Source: Octopus vulgaris
Taxonomy: Eukaryota
Direction of reading: 5' to 3'
Length of the DNA: 64,000 bases
Assembly: GCA_951406725.2 (NCBI GenBank)
Contig: OX597835.1
Coordinates: 8,494,001-8,558,000 of the forward strand
The translations under genes and the position numbers were made by a program. The notes under the pieces are model-generated. The model was not told where the DNA came from and did no database searches. It saw nothing but the letters and a program-made list of their open reading frames with translations. Positions 43,945 to 57,113 of this stretch are shown here, piece by piece; the stretch's first letter is position 1; each line of letters opens with the position of its first letter.

Positions 43945-44110
43945 GATTAGATCGACCTCAGTACGCAACTGGTACTTAATTTTTTTCGACCCAGAATGAT
44001 GAAAGGCAAAGTCACCCTCGGCGGAATTAGAACTCAGAACGTAAAGAGAGACGAAATACTGTTAAGCATTTCGCCCGGCGTGCTAACGATTCTGCCAGTT
44101 CGACTCCTTC
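43945..44110 (-). mobile_element. SINE family C, diverged
   Basis: Reverse-complement similarity to 43018-43190. Confidence 0.75.
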
Positions 44111-44421
44111 AAAAATATATTTATTGAGACAGAAATTGTATTTGATGGTGTAAAAGACGCACTCCAATTTCAGTTGTGGAGATTCAGGGATGAATGTCTT
44201 TTGTGTTTTAACGCATAGAATATAGATTGATCCTCGTGTATAGGAACAATGGTAATTTTTTAAAGGCAGAATATCGGAAAACGGTGCGTCTATGCCTTTA
44301 GATACGGCTTGACTTTAATCAAAGATTGAGATAATTTTGTCTTGATTTACCTTGGAATCATTAGAGATTTACAGATAGAGTAGGACCATATGGTTAGGAA
44401 TTTGTGTTACAACGATATGGT

Positions 44422-44797
44422 GGAGGCGCAATGGCCCAGTGGTTAGGGCAGCGGACTCGCGGTCGTAGGATCGCTGTTTCGATTCCCAGACCGGGCGTTG
44501 TGAGTGTTTATTGAGCGAAAACACCTAAAGCTCCACGATGCTCCGGCAGGGATGGTGATGATCCCTGCTGTACTCTTTCACCACAACTTTCTCTCACTCT
44601 TACTTCCTGTTTCTGTTGTACCTGTATTTCAAAGGGCCGGCCTTGTCACACTCTGTGTCACGCTGAATATCCCCGAGAACTACGTTAAAGGGTATACGTG
44701 TCTGTGGAGTGCTCAGCCACTTACACGTTAATTTCACGAGCAGGCTGTTCCGTTGATCGGATCAATCGGAACCCTCGTCGTCCGACAGAGTGCTTCC
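44422..44797 (+). mobile_element. SINE family A nested in an older family-B SINE
   Basis: 13-bp TSD ACAACGATATGGT (44409-44421 / 44798-44810). Confidence 0.9.
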
Positions 44798-45287
44798 ACA
44801 ACGATATGGTACCGCGTTCGATACCACTGCATGGCATATGGGGTAAAAGAATTTTCTTTTTTATAACCTCTGGGCAACACACCTTGCGAATAAAATTGGT
44901 GGATGGAAATTATAGATAAAAGCTTACTGGGTGGGTAGTGACTAGGAATCAAAAGCTACGGGCTTGTCACCATATTCTGTTGAGCTGATTCCATCAAATT
45001 GCTGTGTTAAAGCGTCATGAGACTTTGGGATTCACTATCTTTCACGCCTTAAATCCAATTGATCGAACCAAAGATTCTTCAACAACGGAGATCTGTCAGT
45101 CACTGCCGCCACCGCTACTATTATCGCTCCCACTAGCACCACGATTATCACAACTACCATAACTGTCATCAAAATACCAACGCGAACTCTGGTTATTGGA
45201 CAGCGTTGTCCGTTCTTGCGACCAAAACTCGAAATCAGTATTCACAGTCTGTTTACAAACAACCCACAAATTTTGATACCGGTAACC

Positions 45288-45516
45288 TATTCTTTTACTC
45301 TTTTACTCTTTTACTTGTTTCAGTCATTTGACTGCGGCCATGCTGGAGCACCGCCTTTAATCGAGCAACTCGATCCCGGGACTTATTCTTTTGTAAGCCC
45401 AGTACTTATTCTATCGGTCTCTTTTGCCGAACCGCTAAGTGACGGGGACATAAACACACCAGCATCGGTTGTCAAGCAATGCTAGGGGGACAAACACACT
45501 CACACAAAGACACACA

Positions 45517-45563
<47 letters not shown>

Positions 45564-45711
45564 GACGGGCTTCTTTCGGTTTCCGTCTACCAAATCCACT
45601 CACAAGGCTTTGGTCGGCCCGAGGCTACAGTAGAAGACACTTGCCCAAGACTGAACCCGGAACCATGTGACTGGTAAACAAGCTACTTACCACACAGCCA
45701 CTCCTGCGCCT
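45288..45711 (-). mobile_element. SINE family B
   Basis: Reverse complement of family B. Confidence 0.9.
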
Positions 45712-46170
45712 AGTGATTGCATTGTACTTGATTACAATAAAGGGCTTCATTTTCTCGGATATTTTAATATTCATTTGAATCGCATGCTTCTTGTTTATAA
45801 ACGTTGTTTTATTTAATGAAAATATGACAATTTTGTTTTAAAAATAAATGACTAAATAGATAAAATATAATTATAAAATGAATAAACGAAAATATAAATC
45901 GAATCGAGATTTTAAATCAGAATGAGGCGAAGCACACATCGATGAACTTAATTCCAAAAAACTACGAAAACCTAAAATAAAACTAAAGCGATATAAATCT
46001 GGTGTTTATATTTATATATAAAAGTGAAGTTGTGTGTCTGTCTCCTACGATTTAGATTCTACCCTTGACAGGTCACTTCAACCGTGTTTTCTGACGTGAA
46101 TTTGCTACCCAGGTTTCGGTTAAACGAATTTTCCATGCTGACGATAAACATAGGATAATTCATTCACCTA

Positions 46171-46267
<97 letters not shown>

Positions 46268-46721
46268 CATATATATATACAAACATTATTTTATCTATTT
46301 TTGCCACACTTCAGCTCACAGGATGTATATCCTTCTCTATAATAATGAAGTGTCATGTTTATTACAAAGATGATTAAATAGTAATCTTAAACTGGAAACA
46401 GTAATACAATTTCAAGTAGAGAATTAAGCCAAACTTTGAACAATCAACGTCCGAGAATCATTATTGATTTTATTTGTAAGGGAAGCAACATATTAGTCTG
46501 AATTACCTCCCTTACATTGAAATCTATTGTTTTCTGAAATCCTAGAAATTGTTGCATGCACCATTGAATCACTGAACGCATGAGGTATTTATGTAATACC
46601 TCGTGCATTCTCTCGACCCCACTACATGTATTTCATTAAATATCTAGGGCCCTACACTTAATCTTGCACCCTGACTATCAAATTCTGATCCAATAATTAT
46701 AAAACAACGTATACTAATCAA

Positions 46722-47094
46722 TGGCTCAGTGGTTAGGGCAGCGGGACTCGCGGTCGTAGGATCGCGGTTTCGATTCCCAGACCGGGTGTTGTGAGTGTTT
46801 ATTGAGCGAAAACACCTAAAGCTCCACGAGGCTCCGGCAGGGGGTGGTGGTGATTCCTGCTGTACTCTTTCACCACAACTTTCTCTCACTCTTACTTCCT
46901 GTTTCTGTTGTACCTGTATTTCAAAGGGCCGTCCTTGTCACTCTGTGTCACGCTGAATATACCCGAGAACTACGTTAAGGGTACACGTGTCTGTGGAGTA
47001 CTCAGCCACTTACACGTTAATTTCACGAGCAGGCTGTTCCGTTGATCGGATCAACCGGAACCCTCGTCGTCGTAACCGACGGAGTGCTTCCACC
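46722..47094 (+). mobile_element. SINE family A
   Basis: Homologous to 937-1318, with TSD ACTAATCAA. Confidence 0.9.
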
Positions 47095-47363
47095 ACTAAT
47101 CAACGTGTAATTTAATTGAAAAAGTCATTAGAGCATCTTCTGAGATCAAATCCCAGCGTTATCTCTGTTACATTTCATTCTTTCAGGGACGATAAATAGG
47201 AAATATTTCTCGAGTATTGGACTGAGAACGTGTAAAAGAGTCGGACGGGATTCTTTACAGTATTTGTTTCGGATCCGAACGTTCTTAGTTCGAATTCTAC
47301 CAAGGATTACTTTCGTGGAAGACTTTATCTGTTGCACGGTTTAACAGCGCCATGAATGTGTCT

Positions 47364-48410
47364 GAATGCGTGATTGTGTTTGTGGATGGGTAGATGTCAG
47401 AAAACTGACAGCTGTGAGGTGAGAGGTCTGTGTCTGTGTGTTCGATTATGTTTACTGTAGAGAAAGGAAAGTAGATAGCGAAAGGGAGAAAGAATCGGGC
47501 GAGGTGAGAGGCAACGCAAGAATGGATAGTAGTAATTGGGAATATAAAAAAAATCTTTTTGACTATTGGGGTGAAATATAGGAATGGTCCATTTTGTCGG
47601 TGTCCTTCCCGTTTGATAAAGGCACAAAATTTTGTGGCATCTGTAATTCCGAACTTTTCCATATTTTGTTCGCCAAAGTCCCTTTAATAAATACCTTTCA
47701 CTCATATAAATAGTGACTAATATAGATAACCCCTCGATTTTCAAAAAAATGTTTGCTATATTTCACCCCAATAGTCAAAAAGATTTTCTTATATTCCCAA
47801 TTACTACTATCCATTCTTGCGTTGCCTCTCACCTCGCCCGATTCTTTCTCCCTTTCGCTATCTACTTTTTTTTCTCTACAGTAAACATAATCGAACACAC
47901 AGACACAGACCTCTCACCTCACAGCTGTCAGTTTTCTGACATCTACCCATCCACAAACACAATCACGCATTCATACACACACATACACACATTAAGACAG
48001 TTATATACAGTCACACACACAGGCACTCATTCATAAAAGAAATCATTTAAACCCACCATTCTTTTGACCTGCACTCTCTCACCTTACTATTCTTATGCCT
48101 CCCTCCTCCTACTTCGTTTGAACCCTTGAACCTTTAGAACCTTCTAGATTCTTCTACATTCAGCCACTCTGACGTCACTCCTTATAAAGAGACACTCATT
48201 ATCGCCATAGGCTCCTTGAGAGCGGTCAGCTAAAAGTTTTTTGTGCATTTTGATGTTGACATAAGTTCCTTGATTTTCCTGATGAGAAATATGCATAATG
48301 TACTCCTTATTCCTTCGGAATTAGGAATATGCAGCCTTCGAAACATATGTGGAGAATAAAAGATATTTGTTAACTAGTCGTTCAACTCCATTATTTCATA
48401 TACTTATAAT
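47364..48410 (+). mobile_element. 5'-truncated Penelope-like element: inverted pLTR segment, GIY-YIG C-terminal relic, 3' pLTR with hammerhead
   Basis: 47364-47581 is the reverse complement of ~47756-47972. The spacer encodes EWSILSVSFPFDKGTKFCGICNSELFHILFAKVPLIN, resembling the Penelope endonuclease end (WSIL..PY..G.K.CxxC..E...IL...LLN). A hammerhead lies at 48274-48356. Confidence 0.75.
48274..48356 (+). ncRNA. Type I hammerhead ribozyme with long stem II and a probably inactive cleavage triplet
   Basis: UUUUC-CUGAUGA-GAA..~48 nt..UUC-GAAAC auau GU G-GAGAA. Stem III region ACAUAUGU is palindromic, and the triplet is GUG rather than NUH. Confidence 0.65.
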
Positions 48411-48560
48411 TTTAAAATAAACATACAGATTTCTGCACTAAGACACGTAGTATATGCCCTAGGGACGTAGCTTCAACCGTGTTCTTTCTGATGTGAATTT
48501 GCTACCCAGGTATCGGTTATCTTTCGAATTATCCTTAATAAGATAACTCATTCAACAATT

Positions 48561-48590
<30 letters not shown>

Positions 48591-48595
<5 letters not shown>

Positions 48596-49023
48596 GAAAT
48601 ATTAAAATTACTAAGTCTCTCTAATGGAGATTACGGCAGCGTTACTGGATATTAATAGTTATCGCCATACTAATATGGCAGTCTATAAATAAGACTAAAG
48701 CTGTCGCTGATTAGCTCCAAGAGGCCATCGCCTCTAGCTAGCTATATGACACACGTACCTGCGTCCATTACAACCTTCGAACAGGGGAGGTCAGCCGCTT
48801 CACCTTGCTAGTCAGACATCTGCAGACAAGTTTCAGAGTTGTTGCCCTTTATCAATGCAGCGTAGTCAGAACCAGCAGCTGTCGCTACTGACCGTCTGTT
48901 CGAAGATTTTATTTACCTAGTTACAGTGGAATACATCCAATTGTGTTCAATAATAGAAATATTAAAATTACTAAGTCTCTCTAAAGGAGATTACAGCAGC
49001 GTTACTGGATATTAATAGTTATC

Positions 49024-49028
<5 letters not shown>
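48591..49028 (-). mobile_element. Retrozyme-like element: 360-bp unit plus ~78-bp partial repeat, one hammerhead, inserted in (TA)n
   Basis: taatagaaatattaaaattactaagtctctctaa...atcgccat occurs at 48591 and again at 48951. The hammerhead lies inside the unit and there are (TA)n runs on both sides. Confidence 0.7.
48820..48860 (-). ncRNA. Type I hammerhead ribozyme, U3-A8 core variant
   Basis: Reverse complement reads CUGCA-UUGAUAA-AGGG caacaa CUCU-GAAAC uu GUC-UGCAG: 5-bp stem I, stem II, minimal stem III and a GUC cleavage triplet. Confidence 0.8.
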
Positions 49029-49064
<36 letters not shown>

Positions 49065-49644
49065 TGGTTACATATGTTGAATACCTTTATGATCATGCCT
49101 TTCATCTAATATCGTACCCCTCCTTTTGTTCTACTCTTCTGCCTCATAAATTTTTGTCCCTGCCGTATACTCAACTTCCCTTTCATAGCTAAGCTTTTAG
49201 ATTTAAAATCTTTAACTCCCTTCCATTTTAGCTATTTGGCCGCTTTCCTTTTTTTTCCCGCTTATTCATGTTGTTTTTCTCCATATTTCTTCCTATTTTG
49301 CAACTTTTCAGGAAACCCGTCAATATCTTTATATTTTTCACGTACCTCGTTAAATTTCCATTAGCTTTTTCAGTTACATTTTTCTTACTCCTTTTTTTTC
49401 TTCTCCTTTCGTAATCACTTTGTTTTTACTAATCATTTTTACCCAATATTTTCCAAAATTTTCTCCAACTTTTTCCTCATAATTTCATTCCCACCAATTT
49501 TCAGAATTTTTTTCTATATTTTCCAAGTTGTATTAACTTTTTATTTTATTTGATTTTGCTTTATTCTATTTGAACAACATGAAATAGCTCCAAAACAGAA
49601 TCCAAGTTTTTTTATCATTTCTTTCGTTTTAATTACCATGTATT

Positions 49645-49699
<55 letters not shown>

Positions 49700-49714
<15 letters not shown>

Positions 49715-49789
49715 TTATAAATTTGTATTTATATATATTTATACATATGTATATATATGTATATAATATATATATATACATATGTATTA

Positions 49790-49839
<50 letters not shown>

Positions 49840-50029
49840 TTATAAATTTGTATTTATATATATTTATACATATGTATATATATGTATATAATATATATAT
49901 ATACATATGTATTAATATAAAATATATATATATATATATATATATGTATTTATAAATTTGTATTTATATATATTTATACATATGTATATATATGTATATA
50001 ATATATATATATACATATGTATTAATATA

Positions 50030-50060
<31 letters not shown>
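49700..50060. repeat. AT-rich ~115-125-bp minisatellite, 3 copies
   Basis: atgtatttataaatttgtatttatatatatttatacatatg...gtattaatataaa(ta)n repeated. Confidence 0.85.
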
Positions 50061-50072
<12 letters not shown>

Positions 50073-50828
50073 TTATATATATATATGCATATAACATATA
50101 TACCTTCTCAGTGGCTTTTTTGCGCCCTTTGTGCGTTCTAAATACTTTACTCTCACTCACCTCACTCATTATTCATCCTATAATTTTGTGTATTATTCAA
50201 AATTATGTTTACACTTTTGACATTTTGTTCAACCCTCTAAATCAGCACCTCCACCATTTTTATTGCCCTCTTAATTTTATGATTTTTATTTTCCGTTCAT
50301 TAATACTTTATTATCTGCAATTCTAACAGTTCCTCTACGTTTTTTCCTTTTTATTTTTCCTTTTTATTCCTTTTCCCTTTTCCTTTTCCTTTTCTAGGCT
50401 CCTGCTTCCCCCCACCCACCCTTTTGCATCATACTTTATTCTTACCATTTTCCCTGATATCTTTTCCTCATCACTATCTCCACGACTAGAAAACTAAATA
50501 TAAATTTTAAAATCCCCATGAATTTTGAAATCAGGACTTGCCTGAATTTCTTCTCTACGCCTGCAGGGGAAATTCAGAAATTCAGGATCTGCGTCCTTAT
50601 ATTTATTGTTCTGAGTTGAGTGAGGACATTAAGCTCCTTTGTTTGAAAATATATGGACGTAGACAGTAAGTCGATGGCCAGCTGGAGAAGATGTTTCCTG
50701 GGGTTAAATAACAGTAACATTCGTCCTAATCAGGACTGCCACATTATATAGGCAAATAATCTTTACTCTTGAGTACGGTTACTTAATGTTTCTCGTTTAG
50801 AGATTTAGAAATAATATTTTTTCTACCC

Positions 50829-50904
<76 letters not shown>

Positions 50905-51087
50905 CTCTCTCGCTCTCTCTCTCTCTCTCTGTATATATATATATATATATATATATACATCCGCTTCCACGATTCATTCTTTCACTGTTTGAAACAAAAT
51001 TTCTTGGAATATTGTAGTGTAATTTTCATTCAATTCGGCGAATGTCCTTTGTATGAGTGTGCTCCATATTGTGTTATTGCCATTTCT

Positions 51088-51142
<55 letters not shown>

Positions 51143-51166
51143 CAGCAGCAGTTGTAGGAGTAGTAC

Positions 51167-51206
<40 letters not shown>

Positions 51207-51245
51207 TGATGCTGTTGTTGTTGATGAGGATGACGACGACCACGG

Positions 51246-51278
<33 letters not shown>

Positions 51279-51339
51279 CGATGATAGTAATGATGGTGAT
51301 GGCACCAGTAATGTTATTTCTCTCTCTCTTTTATTTCAG

Positions 51340-51431
51340 TATGAGTGAACTATCGGTTGGTGACCCCGTCAGCTATAGTGAGAAGATTCCTGTCTTCCTG
51401 AATCTCACATTGCCAAGACTCAAGTGTGCCT
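51340..51431 (+). CDS. ERGIC1: ERGIC1 coding exon 3 (IMSELSVGDPVSYSEKIPVFLNLTLPRLKCA)
   Basis: Polypyrimidine tract plus tttcag acceptor, donor gtacgt. Phase is compatible with exon 2, and it aligns to ERGIC1 VVNELYVDDP..KIDVSLNISLPNLHCE. Later exons were not found in the window. Confidence 0.9.
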
Positions 51432-51602
51432 GTACGTATTGCTTTCTCTTCCAATGATTCGTCTTCAGAATTATTTCATGTGCTTCCTGTTACACAATTG
51501 CTGTTATAGCTGCTGCTGCTGCTGTTGTTGTTGTTGTTGTTGTTGTTGTCTTTGTTGTTATTGTAGTTAAGCAATAAGACGGGTAAGGGTGACTAGGTGA
51601 TG

Positions 51603-51741
51603 GTCTAGGGCTTAGGGGCGGGAGACCCCCAGACCTTGGGAAAAAAAAACGTTGGTCTTCTTGTTGTAGTCTAGGGCTTAGGGGCGGGAGACCCCAGACC
51701 TTGGAAAAAAAAAACCGTTGGTCTTCTTGTTGTAGTCAAGG
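51603..51741. repeat. ~66-bp tandem duplication
   Basis: gtctagggcttaggggcgggagacccc..agaccttgg..cgttggtcttcttgttgta occurs twice. Confidence 0.85.
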
Positions 51742-52032
51742 GCTCTTCGTTGATGCCCGACACCACTGGGAGGAGGTGGCCCTCGAAGTCGCTGGAAATG
51801 GAGATCTGCAGGTCCAAATTCTTGAACGGCTGTTGTTGTTTTCTGGACCCTGTTCGACCTGTAAACCCTCTCCTCCACGTTCAAAACTGTTCAATCTGGG
51901 GTCATTTTGCTTTTGCAGGTTTATTTATGTCCGCATATTTTTTTGTCCTCTTTTACCTTAAAAAATTGTGTGATTTGAGAGAAAACTACTTGCTGCTATT
52001 TCTAGCTGGTCGAAAATAAAAATAATTGTCCC

Positions 52033-52424
52033 TTACTCTTTACTCTTTTACTTGTTTCAGTCATTTGACTGCGGCCATGCTGGAGCACCGCCTTTAGTCG
52101 AGCAAATCGACCCCGGGACTTATTCTTTGTAAGCCCAGTACTTATTCTATCGGTCTCTTTTTGCCGAACCGCTAAGTGACGGCGACGTAAACACACCAGT
52201 ATCGGTTGTCAAGCAATGCTAGGGGGACAAACACAGACACACAAACACATACATATATATATATACATATATACGACGGGCTTCTTTCAGTTTCCGTCTA
52301 CCAAATCAACTCACAAGGCATTGGTCGGCCCGGGGCTATAGCAGAAGACACTTGCCCAAGATGCCACGCAGTGGGACTGAACCCGGAACCATGTGGTTGG
52401 TTAGCAAGCTACTTACCACACAAC
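52033..52424 (-). mobile_element. SINE family B
   Basis: Reverse complement of family B. Confidence 0.9.
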
Positions 52425-52808
52425 CACCTTCGTTATATTATTTTTATATTGTTGTTATTAAGTCAAAAACTCGAGGATTTGACTCATTCGTGGATTACTT
52501 ACCATAAAAGGAAAGCGAAAAAAATATTCTATATCAATGTAGTTTGAATTAAAAGTTGTTCAAAGATTGGAAAGTGTAAGCTGCTTGCTTTGCTGTGGTT
52601 TCTTGAAGGGTAGCGGTACTTGAAGGGAAACGTTTGCTTAATATATCTTTGGACTACTTTGTCACAAAGTTTTTCATCACACCACTGTAACTCTTCCCCG
52701 ATTTCAATGATTGTTTGCATTTGAAATTGTTGGGAAACTCACAGTAGAGTGACGAAAGATTAATGACAAATTAGTCAACAAGGAAATTGAAACTGGACAG
52801 AAGCCCAG

Positions 52809-52929
52809 GTACCGTAACCCTTCAAGTACCGCTACCCTTCAAGTACCGTAACCCTTCAAGTACCGCTACCCTTCAAGTGCCGCTACCCTTCAAGTACCGT
52901 AACCCTTCAAGTACCGTAACCCTTCAAGT
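52809..52929. repeat. 17-bp minisatellite, 7 copies (gtaccgtaacccttcaa / gtaccgctacccttcaa)
   Basis: Direct reading. An inverted 1.5-unit copy lies at 52602-52627. Confidence 0.9.
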
Positions 52930-54150
52930 CTTGTGGTTTTGTGATCCTTGTCAAAATAGAACGACACCTACCGGGAAGTGATTCCATTGATTACATTTCT
53001 TCCTACAAATCTGTAACTGTGTGCAAATGAAATAAAATTTAATTATACAAAATCGGTTGATAAAAGGTTGAATTTGATTCCATTCCTCTCAAACATCGGA
53101 ATAATGTATTTAATTAAGAAATAATTAGTAAGTTTCCAAGCAGGAATATTACAAGTAAAAGTGAAGCAAACTCCCAAATTTGTGACCATCCTCGCTGATT
53201 GGGAATTAAAATCGATCGGAGCAGCATACTAAACAAGCTGGAGACAAAGAAGACTAGAGGGAGTCTCTACATGCTTATGTGCTTTGCTCGACATGCTGAA
53301 ATTAGCCACTCATATCTCATAAACCACATTTCATATGCTTCGATTGAAAATGCAATTTAGGATATTGGTGATATTTATAATGTCTTATAGGAATGAGGCA
53401 CTTGTATAATTTTCTAAAACGACTGTGATGGGAGAAGGACGGAAGGAAGGAAATAAGGAAAGAAGGAAGGAGGAAGGAAGGAAGTAAATTCTGCTGAACA
53501 AAAGAAAAAAATACGGAGAGGACCTTAAAACATAGGGAGAAATGAGTTTGCTACTCGCAAAACGATAATATTCTCATTTGATGGGTTTCATACAGTTTAA
53601 GCTCTGACCTGAGGCTACGGTAGAAGAGTCTTCTCACATTTACCGTGCCGTGGAATGGATTAGGAAACCACAGCGAAGTTTGTACTCATTCGAATATTAT
53701 CTTAAATATTATCGAATGAAGATGGTGAATGAGTAGAATGCCTTGCGATATTAGTTTTGGTTCCGTGACTCACTTTACCTATTCTTAGATGTTAATAAAT
53801 AGAGTACCAGTCATAATCGAAGAAGTTTCTCGCTCCTGCTCCTAGATTCGTATTCTTTGAGAGGCCCCGAGGAAGAAGGGTCCACATTACAATGCCCAAT
53901 CCGATGTGGATTCAATGCAAAATGGCCAATACCTATTGTACCAGACCCCACTCTATCGCTCCAGAATAACGTACACTCGCCAACAGAAACAGTCCAAACA
54001 CTTATGACTTACATAATGGAAGCAAGCAGGAATGGAAGCAAGAAGGTAGAATGTCAAAGGAAAACAAAGTACACAAAAAGTTTTCGAAGACATTTCGCCT
54101 GCGTCGTAAATTCTTCTGCAAAGTTATTGATGTCATTTATCTTTCAATAA

Positions 54151-54543
54151 CCTTTATATATAAAAGTGAAGTTGTGTATCTGTCTCCTACGATTTAGATT
54201 CCTAACTACTCCCACATTTTGCGGTGCAGTTTAACCAAAACCGGGTATCTTATAGTCGTGATTCATATCGAGCCCTTCTGGGTATTAGCGTGCGTCTACG
54301 ATGAGTCTACGATTTAAAAAAGATTTACCATCATTTTTTTCCATTTTAATGTATTTTTTCGCTATTATATAAGGGAAGTAACTCTCTAAAAATGTCTACG
54401 ATGAGTCAACGATTTAAAAAAATTTACCATCATTTTTTTCCCATTTTTAATGCATTTTTTTGCTAATTTTTGGCTATAACTCTAAAAATGCTTATATAGT
54501 TATTTCCCTTACAAACCCGAGCAACGCCGGGCGATACTGCTAG
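54151..54543 (+). mobile_element. Non-autonomous Helitron, same family
   Basis: cctttatatataaaagtgaagttgtg...cccgagcaacgccgggcgatactgCTAG|T. A 5' fragment also lies at ~46010-46060. Confidence 0.85.
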
Positions 54544-54896
54544 TTTCTTCTAAAATCCCGAGCAAAAATTTGATAGGGAGAGTGTATAGGGAGTTTAAAC
54601 CCGATCCGAGCAACAATATTGATAACACTTTTTTAACAAATAGCAAGAGGAATCAAACACAAATTCCGCCGTGTTTGAACGGAGAACATCAAGGGCCAGT
54701 GGGAAGCAATTTCTTGAATTCTTTTAGTCTCATCCTCCACACTTCTTGCGAACATCTAACATTGCTAACAACTGCTGGCAAAAGGGCTTGTAGTATAAGT
54801 ACTAGGCTTACACCGAATAAGTTATGGAGTTGATTTCTTCGACTAAAGCCCCTTATGGCAGTGCTCCAGCATGACCGCAGCTAAGCGCTGTATATA

Positions 54897-55200
54897 TAGT
54901 GATCACGTGACCGACCAGACCATCAGATGTTGCTACACATCGCTGGTCACAATGCGTTCGCATTGTTTTTAGCCTTCGAATGACGCCACCCCGCTGGCTA
55001 AGCGAGCAGGCCAACAGAAGAAAGAGTGAGAGAAAGAGTTGTGAAAGAGTATAGCAGGGATCACCAACTCCTGCCGGAGCCTCGTGGAGCTTTTAGGTGT
55101 TTTCGCTCAATAAACACACACAATGCCCAGTCTGGGAATCGAAACCGCGATCCTACGACCGCGAGTCCGCTGCCTAACCACTGGGCCATTGCGCCTCCAC
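54897..55200 (-). mobile_element. SINE with a family-A head and a different 3' tail
   Basis: 55025-55200 matches the family-A head. The tail (gtgatcacgtgaccgaccag...ggccaacagaag) differs. Confidence 0.8.
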
Positions 55201-55205
55201 GTATA

Positions 55206-55247
<42 letters not shown>

Positions 55248-55270
55248 TATATATATAATATATATATATA

Positions 55271-55378
<108 letters not shown>

Positions 55379-56314
55379 AATTACGTCCTATGCGCGTACG
55401 ATTGTGTGTGTGGTTATCAATGTTTGCGTGTAAAAAACAAGTTAAATGGAACGGATTCGGAGAAGTGAGACTCCTTGAACGTAACGAGGCGTTTATAAAA
55501 GATGACTGTGGAGAATTGCTATAGATTTCAGTGATGAGATGATGTTAATATGATAGCATCTGTTGGTTCTGCAATGTTAAGTGATATAAAATATCAATGG
55601 ACGATATCTGCTGTGTTTACATCTGACGGTAGCCGTGTGGGGTGTCTTGATATGGTGAACGAACATTCCAGTAAATAGCAGCTGAGTCTCCTTCAAGTCA
55701 CGTCTTGGTAACAGCAGTCGTACATTTTGAAATTTAGTCAAAAGATCGTAAATAATTAACCAGTCCGGATGGTCTGTGGGATCCGGCTAAACGCTAGCAA
55801 CAACAGCATTAACCATTGTAAAAAAAGGTGTCCTGAATTATTTATCTCAACCTGCCAGAAATAGCTACCAAATTCTCCTCAAATTACATCCCGTACGGTA
55901 ACACACCGGACAACGTAGTCCTCGGTAAACTCTGAAATAAATATGGTGCAAGTTCATGGTTGGAACCGAGGAGGCTGCGCAATGGGACTGAAACTGGATC
56001 TTGTGGTTGCCAAGTAATTTTTAAAACCATCAAACCATGTTGTGTTCACAGTATTCTTTTCTGCTCTAGGTATAAGGCCCGAAATTTTCGGGAAGGGGGC
56101 TAGTCGATTAGATCGACACCAGTACGCAACTGGCATTGATTTAGTGAAGATGTTGAGAGTTTAGATTATTTAAATAACATTTTCCGTCCTTCTTGTGTCT
56201 CTCTGAATTTACTTCGTAAATATCAGGAAACTAATGACTTGCCTGAATTAGACTTCCTCTCACATCTTCATTGTGATAAATAAATGCGTCATTCTCTGGT
56301 TTCCAGTGGAGAGT

Positions 56315-56352
<38 letters not shown>

Positions 56353-57030
56353 ATAGTATGGGAGCATGCGTTGTTAAGAGCGTGTCGTTGCATCCACCAT
56401 TTGTCGGTGATTCTCTCCTGGAGGGCGACAAATTTTTCACCACTCAAGCGACTACCCCTTCAACCCGTGTGTCTGTTTGGGTAGTGGTTACTGCTGATGG
56501 TTTCACGTGGTCGGAATGCAAAAATCCTTCCTCAACCTCTTTCAGTCGCCTTTTACGACAGGCAAAAGATGTACTGGTCCCCAACCAGCCCTGGAGCAAC
56601 GTCATATGAAGTCTTTTCCCCAAGAACACTAAACGCTGCCCACTCCGAGAATCGAACTTACAATCGTCAAATTGTAAGTTCAACACCCTAACCACTAGGT
56701 TATCTTATCTTCACAGTGCGAATATGGCTACAGTAAATTAACTGCCCTGTCAATGTTTTACGTTCGTTCAGAAGTGAGATTTGAACGAAGAATTCTCATA
56801 AAGAAATACAGAAAATAATCATCAATTAACTCCGAAACAGAATTCCTCGGCAACTTATCTCTTGGGATGTTGGCCATTGTCTTCATCACACCTCATTCTT
56901 AGAACAAAAGAAATGGTTTCTTTCGCTTTAGAGTTTCTTAACGAATCTTCTTTCATAAGGCACGAAAAAATGGCACGTTGCTATGTGTCTTGTCTGTGTG
57001 TTTGTGTGTGTGTGTGCTTGTGTGTGTGTT

Positions 57031-57113
<83 letters not shown>

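Noticed and set aside
54085-54125. Hammerhead-like motif on the - strand (CAGAAGA...GGCGAAAUGUC)
   Set aside because: Core altered and no convincing stem I or II. Too degenerate to call.
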